Positions 37,489 through 48,366 of a stretch of 64,000 bases of DNA are shown one piece after another. Below the pieces are notes generated by a model. It made no database searches, was not told the DNA's origin, and saw only the letters and a program-made list of their open reading frames with translations. A program made the position numbers and the translations under genes. The first letter of the stretch is position 1; every line of letters starts with the position of its first letter. The DNA lies in contig CAUYUJ010000214.1 in NCBI GenBank assembly GCA_963575745.1, positions 62,001-126,000 of the forward strand. Reading direction: 5' to 3'. Source of the DNA: Prorocentrum cordatum (Eukaryota).

Positions 37489-38059
37489 AGCCGTCCTTCT
37501 GGGAGGGGCCCGGGGTTGGTTGTCTCTCTTTTGGCGGCAGCGGCGGTGCGCGGCTTCCCCCCCAAGGGTCGCATCCTCCCGAGGGGGGGGGGTCGACGTG
37601 CGAGGGGCGCGGACGACGAAGGGGTCCTCCCGAGGAGGAGATCCTCCTGGGGTGTTCCGATCCCCCCGAGCGGGATTCCTTGTGCCTTCTTTTGCCGTGG
37701 GCTGGCCGAAGTCCGACCTACCTCGGCTGCCTTCCTACGTCGTGCTTTTGCTGTTTCTGCCTGCCTGGTCCGAGCCGTCCTTCTGGGAGGGGCCCGGGGT
37801 TGGTTGTCTCTCTTTTGGCGGCAGCGGCGGTGCGCGGCTTCCCCCCCAAGGGTCGCATCCTCCCGAGGGGGGGGGGTCGACGTGCGAGGGGCGCGGACGA
37901 CGAAGGGGTCCTCCCGAGGAGGAGATCCTCCTGGGGTGTTCCGATCCCCCCGAGCGGGATTCCTTGTGCCTTCTTTTGCCGTGGGCTGGCCGAAGTCCGA
38001 CCTACCTCGGCTGCCTTCCTACGTCGTGCTTTTGCTGTTTCTGCCTGCCTGGTCCGAGC
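37489..38059. repeat. Exact 284-bp tandem duplication
   Basis: AGCCGTCCTTCTGGGAGGGG starts at 37489 and 37773. Copies are identical by eye, with AGC microhomology at the junctions. Confidence 0.95.
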
Positions 38060-40547
38060 GACATATGCCTGGCGCTTGGCGTTGGCTCTGTGGTATTTAC
38101 CTTGGCTGTTGTGGATGTTCGCTGGGCGATGTTGGATGTGCCGTCTTGGAGTGACGCCGCAGCGGCAGTACAGCCAAGAAGCTGAACTTTCAGGTGGGGC
38201 TCAGGCGAGGCCGTTCCTTGGATGTAGGTCGTCGTGGCCGAGGCTCGCCGTGGCCAGGAACGCCTCTGCGTTCCCTCTTGAGTGCGTCTCGTGATGGCGC
38301 GATGACCGCCGCGAGGGCCTGCGCGGCCGCGAGGCGCGGCTCGGCTGTCCTGTCATCTGTCTTACCCTTTCCTCCTCCCCCAGCTCCGTCCCCTCCTCCT
38401 CCGCCTCCTCCTTCTCCTCCTCCTCCTCCTCTCCTCCTCCTCATGTTCCTCCTGCCCCTTCTCCCTCCCCCTCCCCCCCCCCTCCCCCTCCCCCTCCTCC
38501 TCCTCCTCCTCCTCCTCCTCCTCCTCCTCCTCCTCCTCCTCATTTCTCATTTCTCGCTATGCAGCGTCTTGTCGCGCGCCCCGCGGGCGCGGAGCGCGCC
38601 GCAGCGGCCCTCCAGGGCCGTGCGGGCACTCGGACAGCGGCCCCGGGAACCCGACCCCGAGGAAAGCAGGGGGAACCAGGGACCAATTTAAACCTCAGAG
38701 GAGGGAGAAGGGGGGCCGGGTTTCAGCAAAAAGAAAAAAGGGGGCCCGTCAGGGCCCACGGGCGGGCGCCGCGCGCGCCCGTGCCAGCGGGCGTCAGCCA
38801 GCGCGGCGCGCGGCCAGGCCGTCGGCCTCTTTGTGGGCTGGCGGCCGCGTGGGTGGCGGCTGGGCTCCCTTCGGCGCCTCGCGCTGAGCCCAGCCGCCGT
38901 GGGGTCTTCGGGTGGCTGGCTGCCCCCAGCTGCGGCGGCCTCCACCCTTCGGCGCAGCGCGCTGTGGAGGCCCGCCGAGCCGCTCTTGGGCTCCAGCAGG
39001 TCTGCAGCGGCTGCTCTCGTCATCATGCCGATCAAGGCCGGCTGGCCTCGGCCCCTCGCATGCCACGCGAGGGCGACGGGGATACACCCTTCGGCGCCTG
39101 GCGCTGTGTATCCCTCGCCGAGGGGCAGGCCGCCCCTTCTCGTCGAGTACTCCATGTTGAACCTGCAGTGCTGCCTGACACTGTGGTGCTCGAACACGTA
39201 TCCCTCGTCCTAGCCGCGCTGGACGGGTTGGTACTCCTGCTTGATCCTGTCCAGTCTTGGTCGTACTGGTATTCACTAGCCGTAATGTCCGATGTCGTCA
39301 ATCATGCCACCCCCGCCTCTGCAGTACAGGAGGGTGCTGATCTCGGATGTTGTGGATGGCGGTCGTTTGTAGGGCTGAGTGCAGGGTGTGGAGCGTGCTG
39401 GTCAGGTCGTTGGGGGTCGGATCGTTGCTGGTGTTGCGTTGGTTGTGGGCTTCCAAGGCCTCCATGCACCGACTTCAAGTGGGGGTCTTGGCTGTCCCAC
39501 CTCGTCCCGCTATGGCTAGGGGTCACAGTGCCCTCGGTGGGGGCGAACCCCAGGCCTGGTACTTATTATCGTCGGAGTGGGATGTCTCGGCTGTCCTGTG
39601 CTTCGCCCACGGGCGCTCGGGTAGCTCCTCCTTCTCCATGGGAATGGTGGGGGTGGCGAGCTAGGGCGGACCGCGGGGGCGCAGGTAGTGGCCGTCCTAC
39701 CCCCCCCTGCCCCTCACCATCCCCGCTGGTGGGCGCGGGAAGTACTCGTCCTTCCCCCCCGCCCTTCGAGCCCGTCTCGAAGTTTGATCCTCACCAGGAC
39801 AGCGTTGACTTGACAGGAGGTGTGCGGGGTCGTGCTGGGTATGCTGTCGATGTCGGTCAGTAGTACGCCGGCGGCGTATGGACCGCCCGCTGCCAGCCAG
39901 CTGGCGCCGTCCAAGTTGTAGGTAGCCAGTCGCCGCCAGGGTACACAACAAAACGTGGCGACTTGTGCCTGGGGTGTTCCCTCGCATTCGGGGCTTCCCC
40001 AGGACTTGCGTTCTAACCAGGGCAAAACTTGGCGACGCTGCCTGAGGTCTTCCCTCGCATTCGGGGCTTCCTCAGGACTTAATCCATGGCACCGTAGTGC
40101 CTTGTCCAGGGCGCTGGATAATCATAGAAGTAAATACCAGTGTTGAAAGAAAGCCAATAAATCCAGAAAGTGCTCGAGGGCGGGGCACGCTCCGTCGCCA
40201 TTGAGGGATCGTGCCCACCCGTATGGGCGCTACGGGTCCCCCCCCCTCGAGTATGGCACGCAATCGCTGTCCAAGACGCAGCCGTGCCAATAACCCAGTA
40301 GCAATGCGGGTCTTGAGTACATACAGTAGGTGCGCTGATGCTGACGCGCCTGCTGCCACTCTGAAATATTACCCGACTGTACACAATTCTGTAATACCAA
40401 CTGCCCTCCAATCTGTAAGATGCCAATAGTCTGCGCCAAACTGCAAACCGATGGTCCCTTCCAGGGACTGGCCAGTATGAATAATCCTGAACCAATTAAA
40501 CTCGAATGTCTGTGCAGACAAAAGTAGTGCCGCTGCAGTGTCAGCTG

Positions 40548-43500
40548 CTAGCGCCGTTGGTTACCCCATGCCCTGTGACAGTCGTGGCCCAGCTGCTCTG
40601 GCTCGATGTAGTAGTCCAAGGGGGCGTAGAACCTGTGATAGCATTCATCCGTTTCGGCCCACATTGCCTCTTCGTCAGCAAGCTGTCCCCAGTGGGCTGC
40701 GAATGCAGTAGCCATTGCCTTGCACAGCCTTGAAGGATATTCTTTGAGGGGGGCGGTCCTCCAGCCGCCTTGGCCGTCTCGTCCGTAAGCTCTGTCATGT
40801 CCGTTATGTCGGCATAGCTGTCCCCCAGGTACCGCCCCCAGCTCCTGTGTAAGTTCACTGAGGTGTACCGCCATCAGGCATGTTGGCTTTCGCGCAGCCT
40901 GCCCAAACTGGCACTGGTCTATGTAGTGCAGCTCGACGCTCGTCTGCTGCAAAAGCCAGAGCGTCTCTGCTCGCTGCCAGCTGCTAGGCGCTTGAGGGCA
41001 CCAGGTGGCTGGGGCTGGAGCGGGATGCTCGAGTACGGCAGATACGTTGTACTGCAAGCCTGTGGTGATGAGTAGTAGAGCTGTCCTGTATAGCTCGTTG
41101 GCTAGTGCTATCTGTTGACGCTCCGCTTGATTGGCTGCTTGTATGCCCCAGGGGAAGTCGTGTGTACGTAGTGGCCGTGGAGCTTTCCCCTCGGCGGCAT
41201 GCCAGCGCGATGAGCACCACGTCTCGCAGGGGGGGCCCGCCACAATGCCAAATATTTTGCCCTGTCGTATCGCCGCGCACCAAAACTCGACGACGTCTGG
41301 CTTCGTCAGGTCTCCTTTGTCGGGGTCTATCTGCACGTCGATCGATAATACTACCAAACTGCATTCCCGAGTGTTCATCTCGAAGTGGTGCTGGAAATCC
41401 TCGGTTCGGCGTCTGCCTGAGAAAAGGTGCAGCAAGAACATAGCCGTAGTAACCATGGGCCTGCACGGTGCGAATACGCTTGCAGGTGGCGTCGCTGGTT
41501 GAGGGTCCGCTGCTGCAGGCGGCGCCGGCGAGAGCTGGAGCTGATGCTGCTCGATGTAGTCGGCAAGCTTGATATGTATGACCTGTTGGGCGGGCACCAG
41601 CGCCTGTGTAGCTCCATGCCCCATTGCCTTCCTCGTCGCCACAGCCTCTCGTTCCTCTTCTCGGCGTTCGGCTGCCTCCTGCAAATCCATTGGGACTTCG
41701 ATTGCTTGGAGTACAGCCAGGCACCTGGGGCACCTTCTCAGGTGCTTGAGTATGCGCGATCGCGTTATGAAGTTCTTCCCACACCCAGGGCAGGTAGTCG
41801 AACGGGCAAGCAATTCGGGGAGGTCGTAGCCGATGTGCTCCATGGTGCGATGGCGCTTCCATGCTCCCCGAGTTTTTAGGATCTTGCCACGCTCATAGCA
41901 TATGTAGCCACTGTGTTGTGCAGGCGGCAGTCCATCGAAGTTGGGCATGGTCAGTCCAAACTCTTGCGCTAGACGGTGTAACTGCCTTTGCCATATTCGA
42001 TGTCGGTATAAGTCGTGCTGCCATGCCTTGTGCCTGAGCCACGCACGCGTGATCATGGCTTGTGCGGCTTGCACTTGCTGTGTTCGTAACCATCGTACCA
42101 AGCCCCTGATGTCGCAGCCAATGTCCTCGTCGTCTAGTAGGAATCTTCTTATCCAGTCCAGATCCTCGACGATAAGGGCATTCCAGGCTTTATCATCCCC
42201 CCAAAGCTCGTCGATGAGGCGGTGGAGGAAGGGCGTGTCTGCATGCGCCATTCTGGCCAAGTACATCAGGCGCCGTCGGCGCAGGTACATGTGGATCGGT
42301 ACTTCATCACATATCAAGTATATTTCGTCGTCCAAAGTATGTACGTGCCCCGCACCGTGTCGCTGTTGCCGTGCGGCGGCCCGTAGGCTCGCCATATGTC
42401 TGCTCTGCAACATCTGTTTCTGCTGTGCTGTCAGCGGTCCCCATACTTCGCAGTCGTAGGTCAGCTTGCTCTGCGCCAGTGCCGTGAGATACAGCAACTT
42501 GGCTTTGAGGTCGGTGTGCGGCAGACGGAAGATGGACTTCTTCAAGGGACCCTCTGCGGATCTGTGGTCGATGATGCGTCTCATAAGGTTCGGCCCCTCC
42601 CCGCCATCACTTGCCACAATATTGCCCAATGTGAGCCCCTGGGTCGTGACCTCAGCCGTGGTGACATCAGTGCTGGTCGGCGGCTGGCATTCCTCGCGTT
42701 GCAACGTGATGGGGTTTGTCTTGAAAATCTTCGCCTTGATATGCTGTTTGGCGTGCCCATCAATATGCAGCAACGCTTTGGTCTTCTTGGGGTGTAGGTC
42801 ATGCCCAAAGATCTTGAGTCTCCTCGCAATGATGGGCAATATGTCAAAGATGCTGCTCTCGATTTTCGTGTTGTCCCTGAGTACGCACAGGAATGTCGCG
42901 TCGTCCATGAAGGATACTTCTGGCAGGGTCCCCTCAAGCCCTCGGAGCTGGCCTGACGTGGCAATGGCATGCTCTCCCGCCGGTGGTAGCTGTAATAAGT
43001 ACCCTCCTGAATGTAGCTCCTGCTCCAGCGGGCCCAGGGCGTGCGCGAAGCTGATGTTGAAGATGAGGTCAGCCAGGCCGTTACCTGGGCGTGTGCCCTT
43101 GCGGCTCTCCGCGCAAAGCTCATCTCCCCGCACTTGGAAGAATGTCGTGTCGTGTGCTTCTTCTAGCTGGAATCGCAGGTTCTCGTCTACGTCGTTGAGT
43201 GCTAAGTAGCCTGGTGCCGCGATCAACTGCTGGATGGCTGGCATGAGCCATTCAGGTGGGGCGCCTCCTGCCATCACCTTTAGGAGCCAAGGCTTCTCCC
43301 CCTCCCGTCCCAGCACGAACTCGCGAGTGACAGAGTAGAAGGCCTGTCGGAGGTCCAACAGGATGCCGACTGCGCTGAGACGTCTCCGCCTGCAGATCCC
43401 GAAGAACGCTTTGATGGTGTGAGTGGAGTGCGCGCCTGACTTCTTCGGGATTCCGCCATGCTGGGTAACTCTCAGCAGGCTGCTGCAGACCCTCAACGTC

Positions 43501-44865
43501 GTTGAGCGGAGCCACTTGTGGTAGTGCTTGGCCACGGTGTTGTTGAGGAGGATCGACCTGTAGTACTCCAGTAGGGCCCTCGTGCCGCTGCCCTTGTAAA
43601 GCTTCACTGCAATACCTGCCTTAAATTGGATCGGTTCGCGGCCTCGCAGTATCGTCTTCAGGGCGACAGGGTACCAGTGGCGGGCCGTCTCCTCGGGCGC
43701 GAGTTTGAGGATGTCGTCCAAATTGCCGTCGGGCCCTCCTGCTCGGCCCTTCTTGCCGTCCGCGAAGCTCTCCACCAGATCATTGAGTGTCATGTGCAGG
43801 TGCTGTGAAACCTCGTCGGGTGGTGATCTGTGGGTACGGCTGCCGTTGTAGCGGTCCGCGAGGTCGTATTTGTCCCTGATGTCTGCTGACTCGATCTTGG
43901 CGAAGTGCTGCAGCGTGGCGCGACTGATCTCGCACTGGCTGCCCATGACGGTGCCGTCGGGCTGCTGCATGGTGGGCAGCGCACTGACGTATTTTGGTTT
44001 GCGACCGCCATGGGTCATAATCTTCTTGGTCAGCTGCCACTCGGTCCTGGCGTGTCTTGCTGTTCTGCTGTCCGCCAATTTGCTGCCGAGGTCGTGAAAA
44101 TACTGGTTGCGGTCGATACTCAGCTGGTGCCTGAACGTGTCCCTGGTGTGGGCGATGAAAAGCCTCGCGGCGTCATGCGCGATGCCGAGGCAGTCGGTGG
44201 TGCGGCTGAGCTGGCAAGCGCCAGCAAGGGCTGCCACAGAGCAATACCAGCTATCTTCCACGCGGGCGTAGACCGACGCCTCGTAGCAGAGCCTCTTGCG
44301 GAAAACTTCTAGTGGTGCTGGGTCCCCGTTGTTCGTGTTGGTCCGCGTGGAGCTCTCAGCGTATCTGCGCAGCCTCAATAGACGCATGCTGGCCTCTGAG
44401 ATTGTGACGTTGCAAGGTGTAAGCGGGTCCCGTCCGAAATGCTGCTTCGTCTTCTCGACACTGAGTCCCGCCGTCCCGTGGTAATGGTCATTGACGTCTG
44501 CCTTCCACGGTGGTAAGCTGATGTTGTTCAGGTCCTGCTTGAATGCGGTGATGCACTCTGGGTTCTTGAGTTTGTTAGTGTCCAGTGGCGCGTTTCCCTT
44601 CAAATTTCGGTGGCGTCCGATGATGTCGCCCACGACTTCAACCAGCACGGGCAGGTGGTCTGTGGTCGTGTCGTAGCCGTTCTGGGCGTAGTTGCTCCTC
44701 TGCTTGCTGTGCTCGTTCTTCTTTTTGGCGGTCGGCTTTTGAAAGTCCCTCAGGACAGTGCAGGCCGCGACGCACTTGAACAGGCATGGAGCCATGGCGA
44801 CGTAGTCGATGCGGTTGGAGACCCCATCCTTGTGGTATGTGTAGTCGTCGCTGTTCCCGTAGTAG
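40548..44865 (-). pseudogene. LINE ORF2 C-terminal part: end of APE, reverse transcriptase, zinc fingers and C5-MTase-like domain
   Basis: APE: RIDYV, TDHLPV. RT: AGGPDG, LYKGSG..YRSILL, QHGG, LDLRQAFYSV, GTRPG, FMDD (about 42900). Zinc fingers: CYERGK..H..H and CPGCGKNF..H. Confidence 0.92.
40700..41440 (-). other. C5-cytosine methyltransferase-like domain at the LINE ORF2 C-terminus
   Basis: LHLFSG (motif I), LSID/GDL (II/III), AGPPCETW (IV, catalytic Cys intact), LEHP (VI), DQCQFG..RKPT (VII/VIII), YPSRLC (X), in canonical order. Confidence 0.8.
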
Positions 44866-47800
44866 TGTTGACGACGTGCAGGTGACAGCTGGCGACAGAC
44901 TCGTGGAATTCGTGTCCGTTCTTGTCTGTCAGCTGGTTTGGGCCCTTCTGGCCCAACCATTGTGCGTCCTCTCCGTCCTTGTGACTTAGCTTGGCGTTCG
45001 CGTCGATGAGCAGGATCTCTGGTTTCCACATGTCACACAGCTCTCTGAAGTGTTCCCACCAGCCGTTGATGTCCTTGGCCTTCTGGTACGGGGCGTGAGC
45101 AACGGCGATGACGTGGTGGAACAAAGGAGCCTGCACGCGGACGAAGAGGATCCTGGCCGAAGGGTACAGTTTTGTAAGCTGGGACTGCTTGAAGTACAGG
45201 TCTTTCCCTTTGAGCTGCCCGTACGGGATCTCGACGTTGAGTAGTAGTGCACATCCCCAGTTGCCGTCCTGCGCCTCACTCTGGCTGTTGATGAAACCTT
45301 GTCCTGTCCATATGGCCTCTTTACAGCGTGTCTCCTGCAGCCCCGCAACGTGGACCTGGTGATCCAAAAGTTGGGCTCTGACTAGAGCCCCCTTGCTGGA
45401 GATGTCCAGGTGCAGGTCTGTGGAGGTAAAGTCGCCCACCATGGACTGAGCGTTGTACTGCACGATGTTGAGCTTCAGCGTGCCCTTGTTGTAGCTATCT
45501 GCGGTAAGGTCGGGGATGTGGTCTGCGTCAGCCAGCTGGGGCAAGACGTGCTCCTCGAGCTGTCCATGCCTCCATGTTGGGTAAGCATGTAGGTCCTTGC
45601 GCGCAGGATTAGCCATCCAAGCCCATTCGAGTGTGCTGGTATACCGTACTATGTCAACTAGTTCTTCCGCGGGTGGTGGTGGCGCTGGTTGGAGCGCCGC
45701 ATATTTTGATAAAATATCTGCTGCTTCATTCCAGGGTGCATCTCGATGCGCATGTGTGTGCTCGAAGCTGATGGCCTTTGTGAGCTGTAGTTGCTGGAAT
45801 AATATACGTGTAAACCTCGCGAGAGGGCGGTTCCTACACGATCTGATCCGCGATGTTCCAGCTGCCGCTCCCAGAGCCGCGGTGTTGTCGCCGATAATGA
45901 CGATCTCCTGCTCACCGTCCTCCTGGATACATGCGATGCCTGCCCAGAGCAACGCTCCCAATTCGGGGCTGGTGCTGGAGGTGATGTTGTTGGCCATCTC
46001 CTCGCTGACAGACAGGGCGTGGTTGGAGTACATGTGCCTGTAGTAGGCGATGCCCTGGTCGTCTTCTCTCAGGTGTACCACTGCCCATGCCGATGTGCCA
46101 GGTGCTTTGGCGTGGTAGGAAGCGTCGGTGAAGTAGTAATGCCGCTTCACAGACGTCGAAGGTCTCGAGGGGGCAAGGTGCCTCACCGCCAGCCTGGTGT
46201 GCCCGTGCAGGTCGTGCTCCTCGAGGTCGTAATGCCATGTCAGCTTCTGGGTGTGTTGTTGAAGCTGCGTCGGTAGGAACTGTGGTGATCCAATGTTGAC
46301 AAAGCGTCGCTGCGTGCTGTTGCTGTCTCTGCGCAGGTCGGTTTTGTGCGCTTGCCCGTGTGTTGCTGGTCTAGTTCTTTGTCGTCGTCTCCTCCTGCGC
46401 TCCCAGCGTAGATAGTCGTCGCTGTACTCGCTGTCAGTGCTAGTGCGTTGGTTGTCTCGAGCGTCGTCCGCCGTTATGCTGCGCCTAGTTGGAATACGGA
46501 AGGGGTGCATGGCTGAGGTTGTGCGTCGTTGTGGTGCGGGGATGGGTTGTTGCTGTCCCGTCGGCTGCCCGCTAGCTCCGTGGTAGCTCCTGAACGGCAG
46601 CATTGCTCGTCGGGCTTGCACGTCCCTCTGGGGCTGGGGGTGTTGTCTGGTATTAGTCGTTGTGTCTGGGAGTGGTTGCTCGGTCTCCAAGTGGTCGGCT
46701 GGCTTGTAGGGCTTGGTCCCCGTCCGCGTCGTGCTCCTCTCCCGCGGGGTCGGTGGTCTTTGGCAGCACTTCTCATCGGCGTTCAAGTTGTCCGATCCAG
46801 CCCGCACGGCCTGACTGAACAGGGGCTCGTGTGATTGGGCATGGAGCATGCTGTCACGTAGGCGATGAGTTATGCCGCCAGGAGGGTCGCTTGGGTTCGG
46901 TGGTGGAAGGGTGAGTGGTACTGGCTCTGCCCGCTGCTCATGAGGGTCTAAGCTTGATTTGGCTGGTGTCGGTGGCGGGAGTGTAGATGATTGGTCCTCG
47001 TTGGACCTGGTTGAGCGCCCTAGCACGACATCGCTGACGCGAGAGCAAGGCGTCGACCACCCTCCCGTCGGAGGCATGCCCTCGCGTCTTCGCACCTGCA
47101 AGGGGGAGTCAACCCGCAGCTGCTCGGGGAGAGCAGGTCCGCCCGTCGACGGCCTTGCAGAGTGAGGCGACCCCGCGCTGACACGCCAACGCAGACAGGT
47201 CCTGGTCGGTACGTTGTGTTGTTTGGTCTCGTCAGAGCATTGAGTGTGCTCTGCTGCTGTGGACCGAGGCGCTGGCCTCCAAGTAGTACGCGACCTCGGG
47301 CAGCTGCTGCGGCGCTCTCGACTCGGGCACCCGCTGGCGAATTCCAAGTCCCGCTCTTCAGGGTGTTCCGCTCCAGGGGGCTGAGTGCTATCTGGCCGTG
47401 CGTCGTCCTCGCTGCTGCTGCTGTCCGCAAGCGCCTCGAAGGAGTTCTTGGTCAGCGTCACTCCAAGGTCTGGGCGCATCTCCGCCCTAAGCGCCTGTCT
47501 GAGTACTCTTTTGCGCCTCGCCACTCTTCTTGCTTTTGCAACTGCTGTGGCGTCGTTGAGGTGCGATTCTGCTGGTGTTGGGCTGATGCCTTTGCTGTCG
47601 AGGTATGTATCCTGTATTTGCTCTAGCTCGTAGGCTTGTATGGGTCCATGCTGTATCTGTCGGGTGTGGTCAGTGCTTGGTTGTGTCGTGGTATGTGCAT
47701 TTAATTTGGCTGTCGCTGGTGGACTAGCCAGCCCCCTAGGGGTCCTTATGCTTGCCATGTGGTCTGCTTGCGAGCCCAAGTGGCTGGTGTCGAGAGGTTG

Positions 47801-48214
47801 GCGAGAGGGCCAGGCTCCGTCGACTGCAAGAGTGGGATGCTCCCAGAGTACCCGGCGCTGGGAGACCTCCAGATGTGATAGATCCGATAGTCTCGACCTG
47901 CTGCCTGGGTCCTCCTTCGCGTGGCTGTGCTGCCAGGATTGCGACGCCGCATGGGCCGCCGCGGCTCCCGCGAAGTGGGGTGTCGATCCTGGCGTGGCCA
48001 AGGGGTGTCGCCTTGGTCCACGCTGTTGGCACTGCGGCTGGCTGCTCGAGTAGCTCTCCCACTCTTGTTGCAGCCTCACCCCGTCGCGGTGCTGGTTGCC
48101 TGCCTGGACCCCGCTGGCAGTGGGGCACGCGGCCTGAGGGAGTCGCTCAGGTCCGCGCTTGGGGCGCTCAAACTTGGTGTCGCCGTTCTGTGGGTGGTCC
48201 CCACCCTTGCCCAC
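44865..48214 (-). pseudogene. LINE ORF2 N-terminal part: disordered region, RNase H (about 45700-46145) and N-half of the APE endonuclease
   Basis: RNase H: YFTDASY, PELGAL, IIGDN, HTHAHRDAPWNEAAD. APE: IVQYNAQS, GLQETR, GCALLL, VAHAP, IDANA. One-base frameshift near 44865 (HVVNT | YYGNSDDYTY). Confidence 0.88.
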
Positions 48215-48366
48215 AGTTGCGGCGTCTAGGGAGCTAGTAATGCAGGTGGTTCGTCTGCTGCGTCTTTTGAGTCGGGGCTCCCTAGTAGAGCGTTGGTGGT
48301 TTGAAGCGGATGCGGCATCCCCCAGGCTCGCATCGGCTTGGACGTAGCTATGTAGTGTGATGGAGG

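Noticed and set aside
38559..39863. 434-aa + strand ORF, and antisense ORFs overlapping the copia and LINE
   Set aside because: GC-rich shadow ORFs with no recognisable motifs.
40041..40080. Hammerhead ribozyme (CTGAGGA on the minus strand)
   Set aside because: There is no GAAA core, the sister copy reads CTGGGGA, and those bases form a stem arm.
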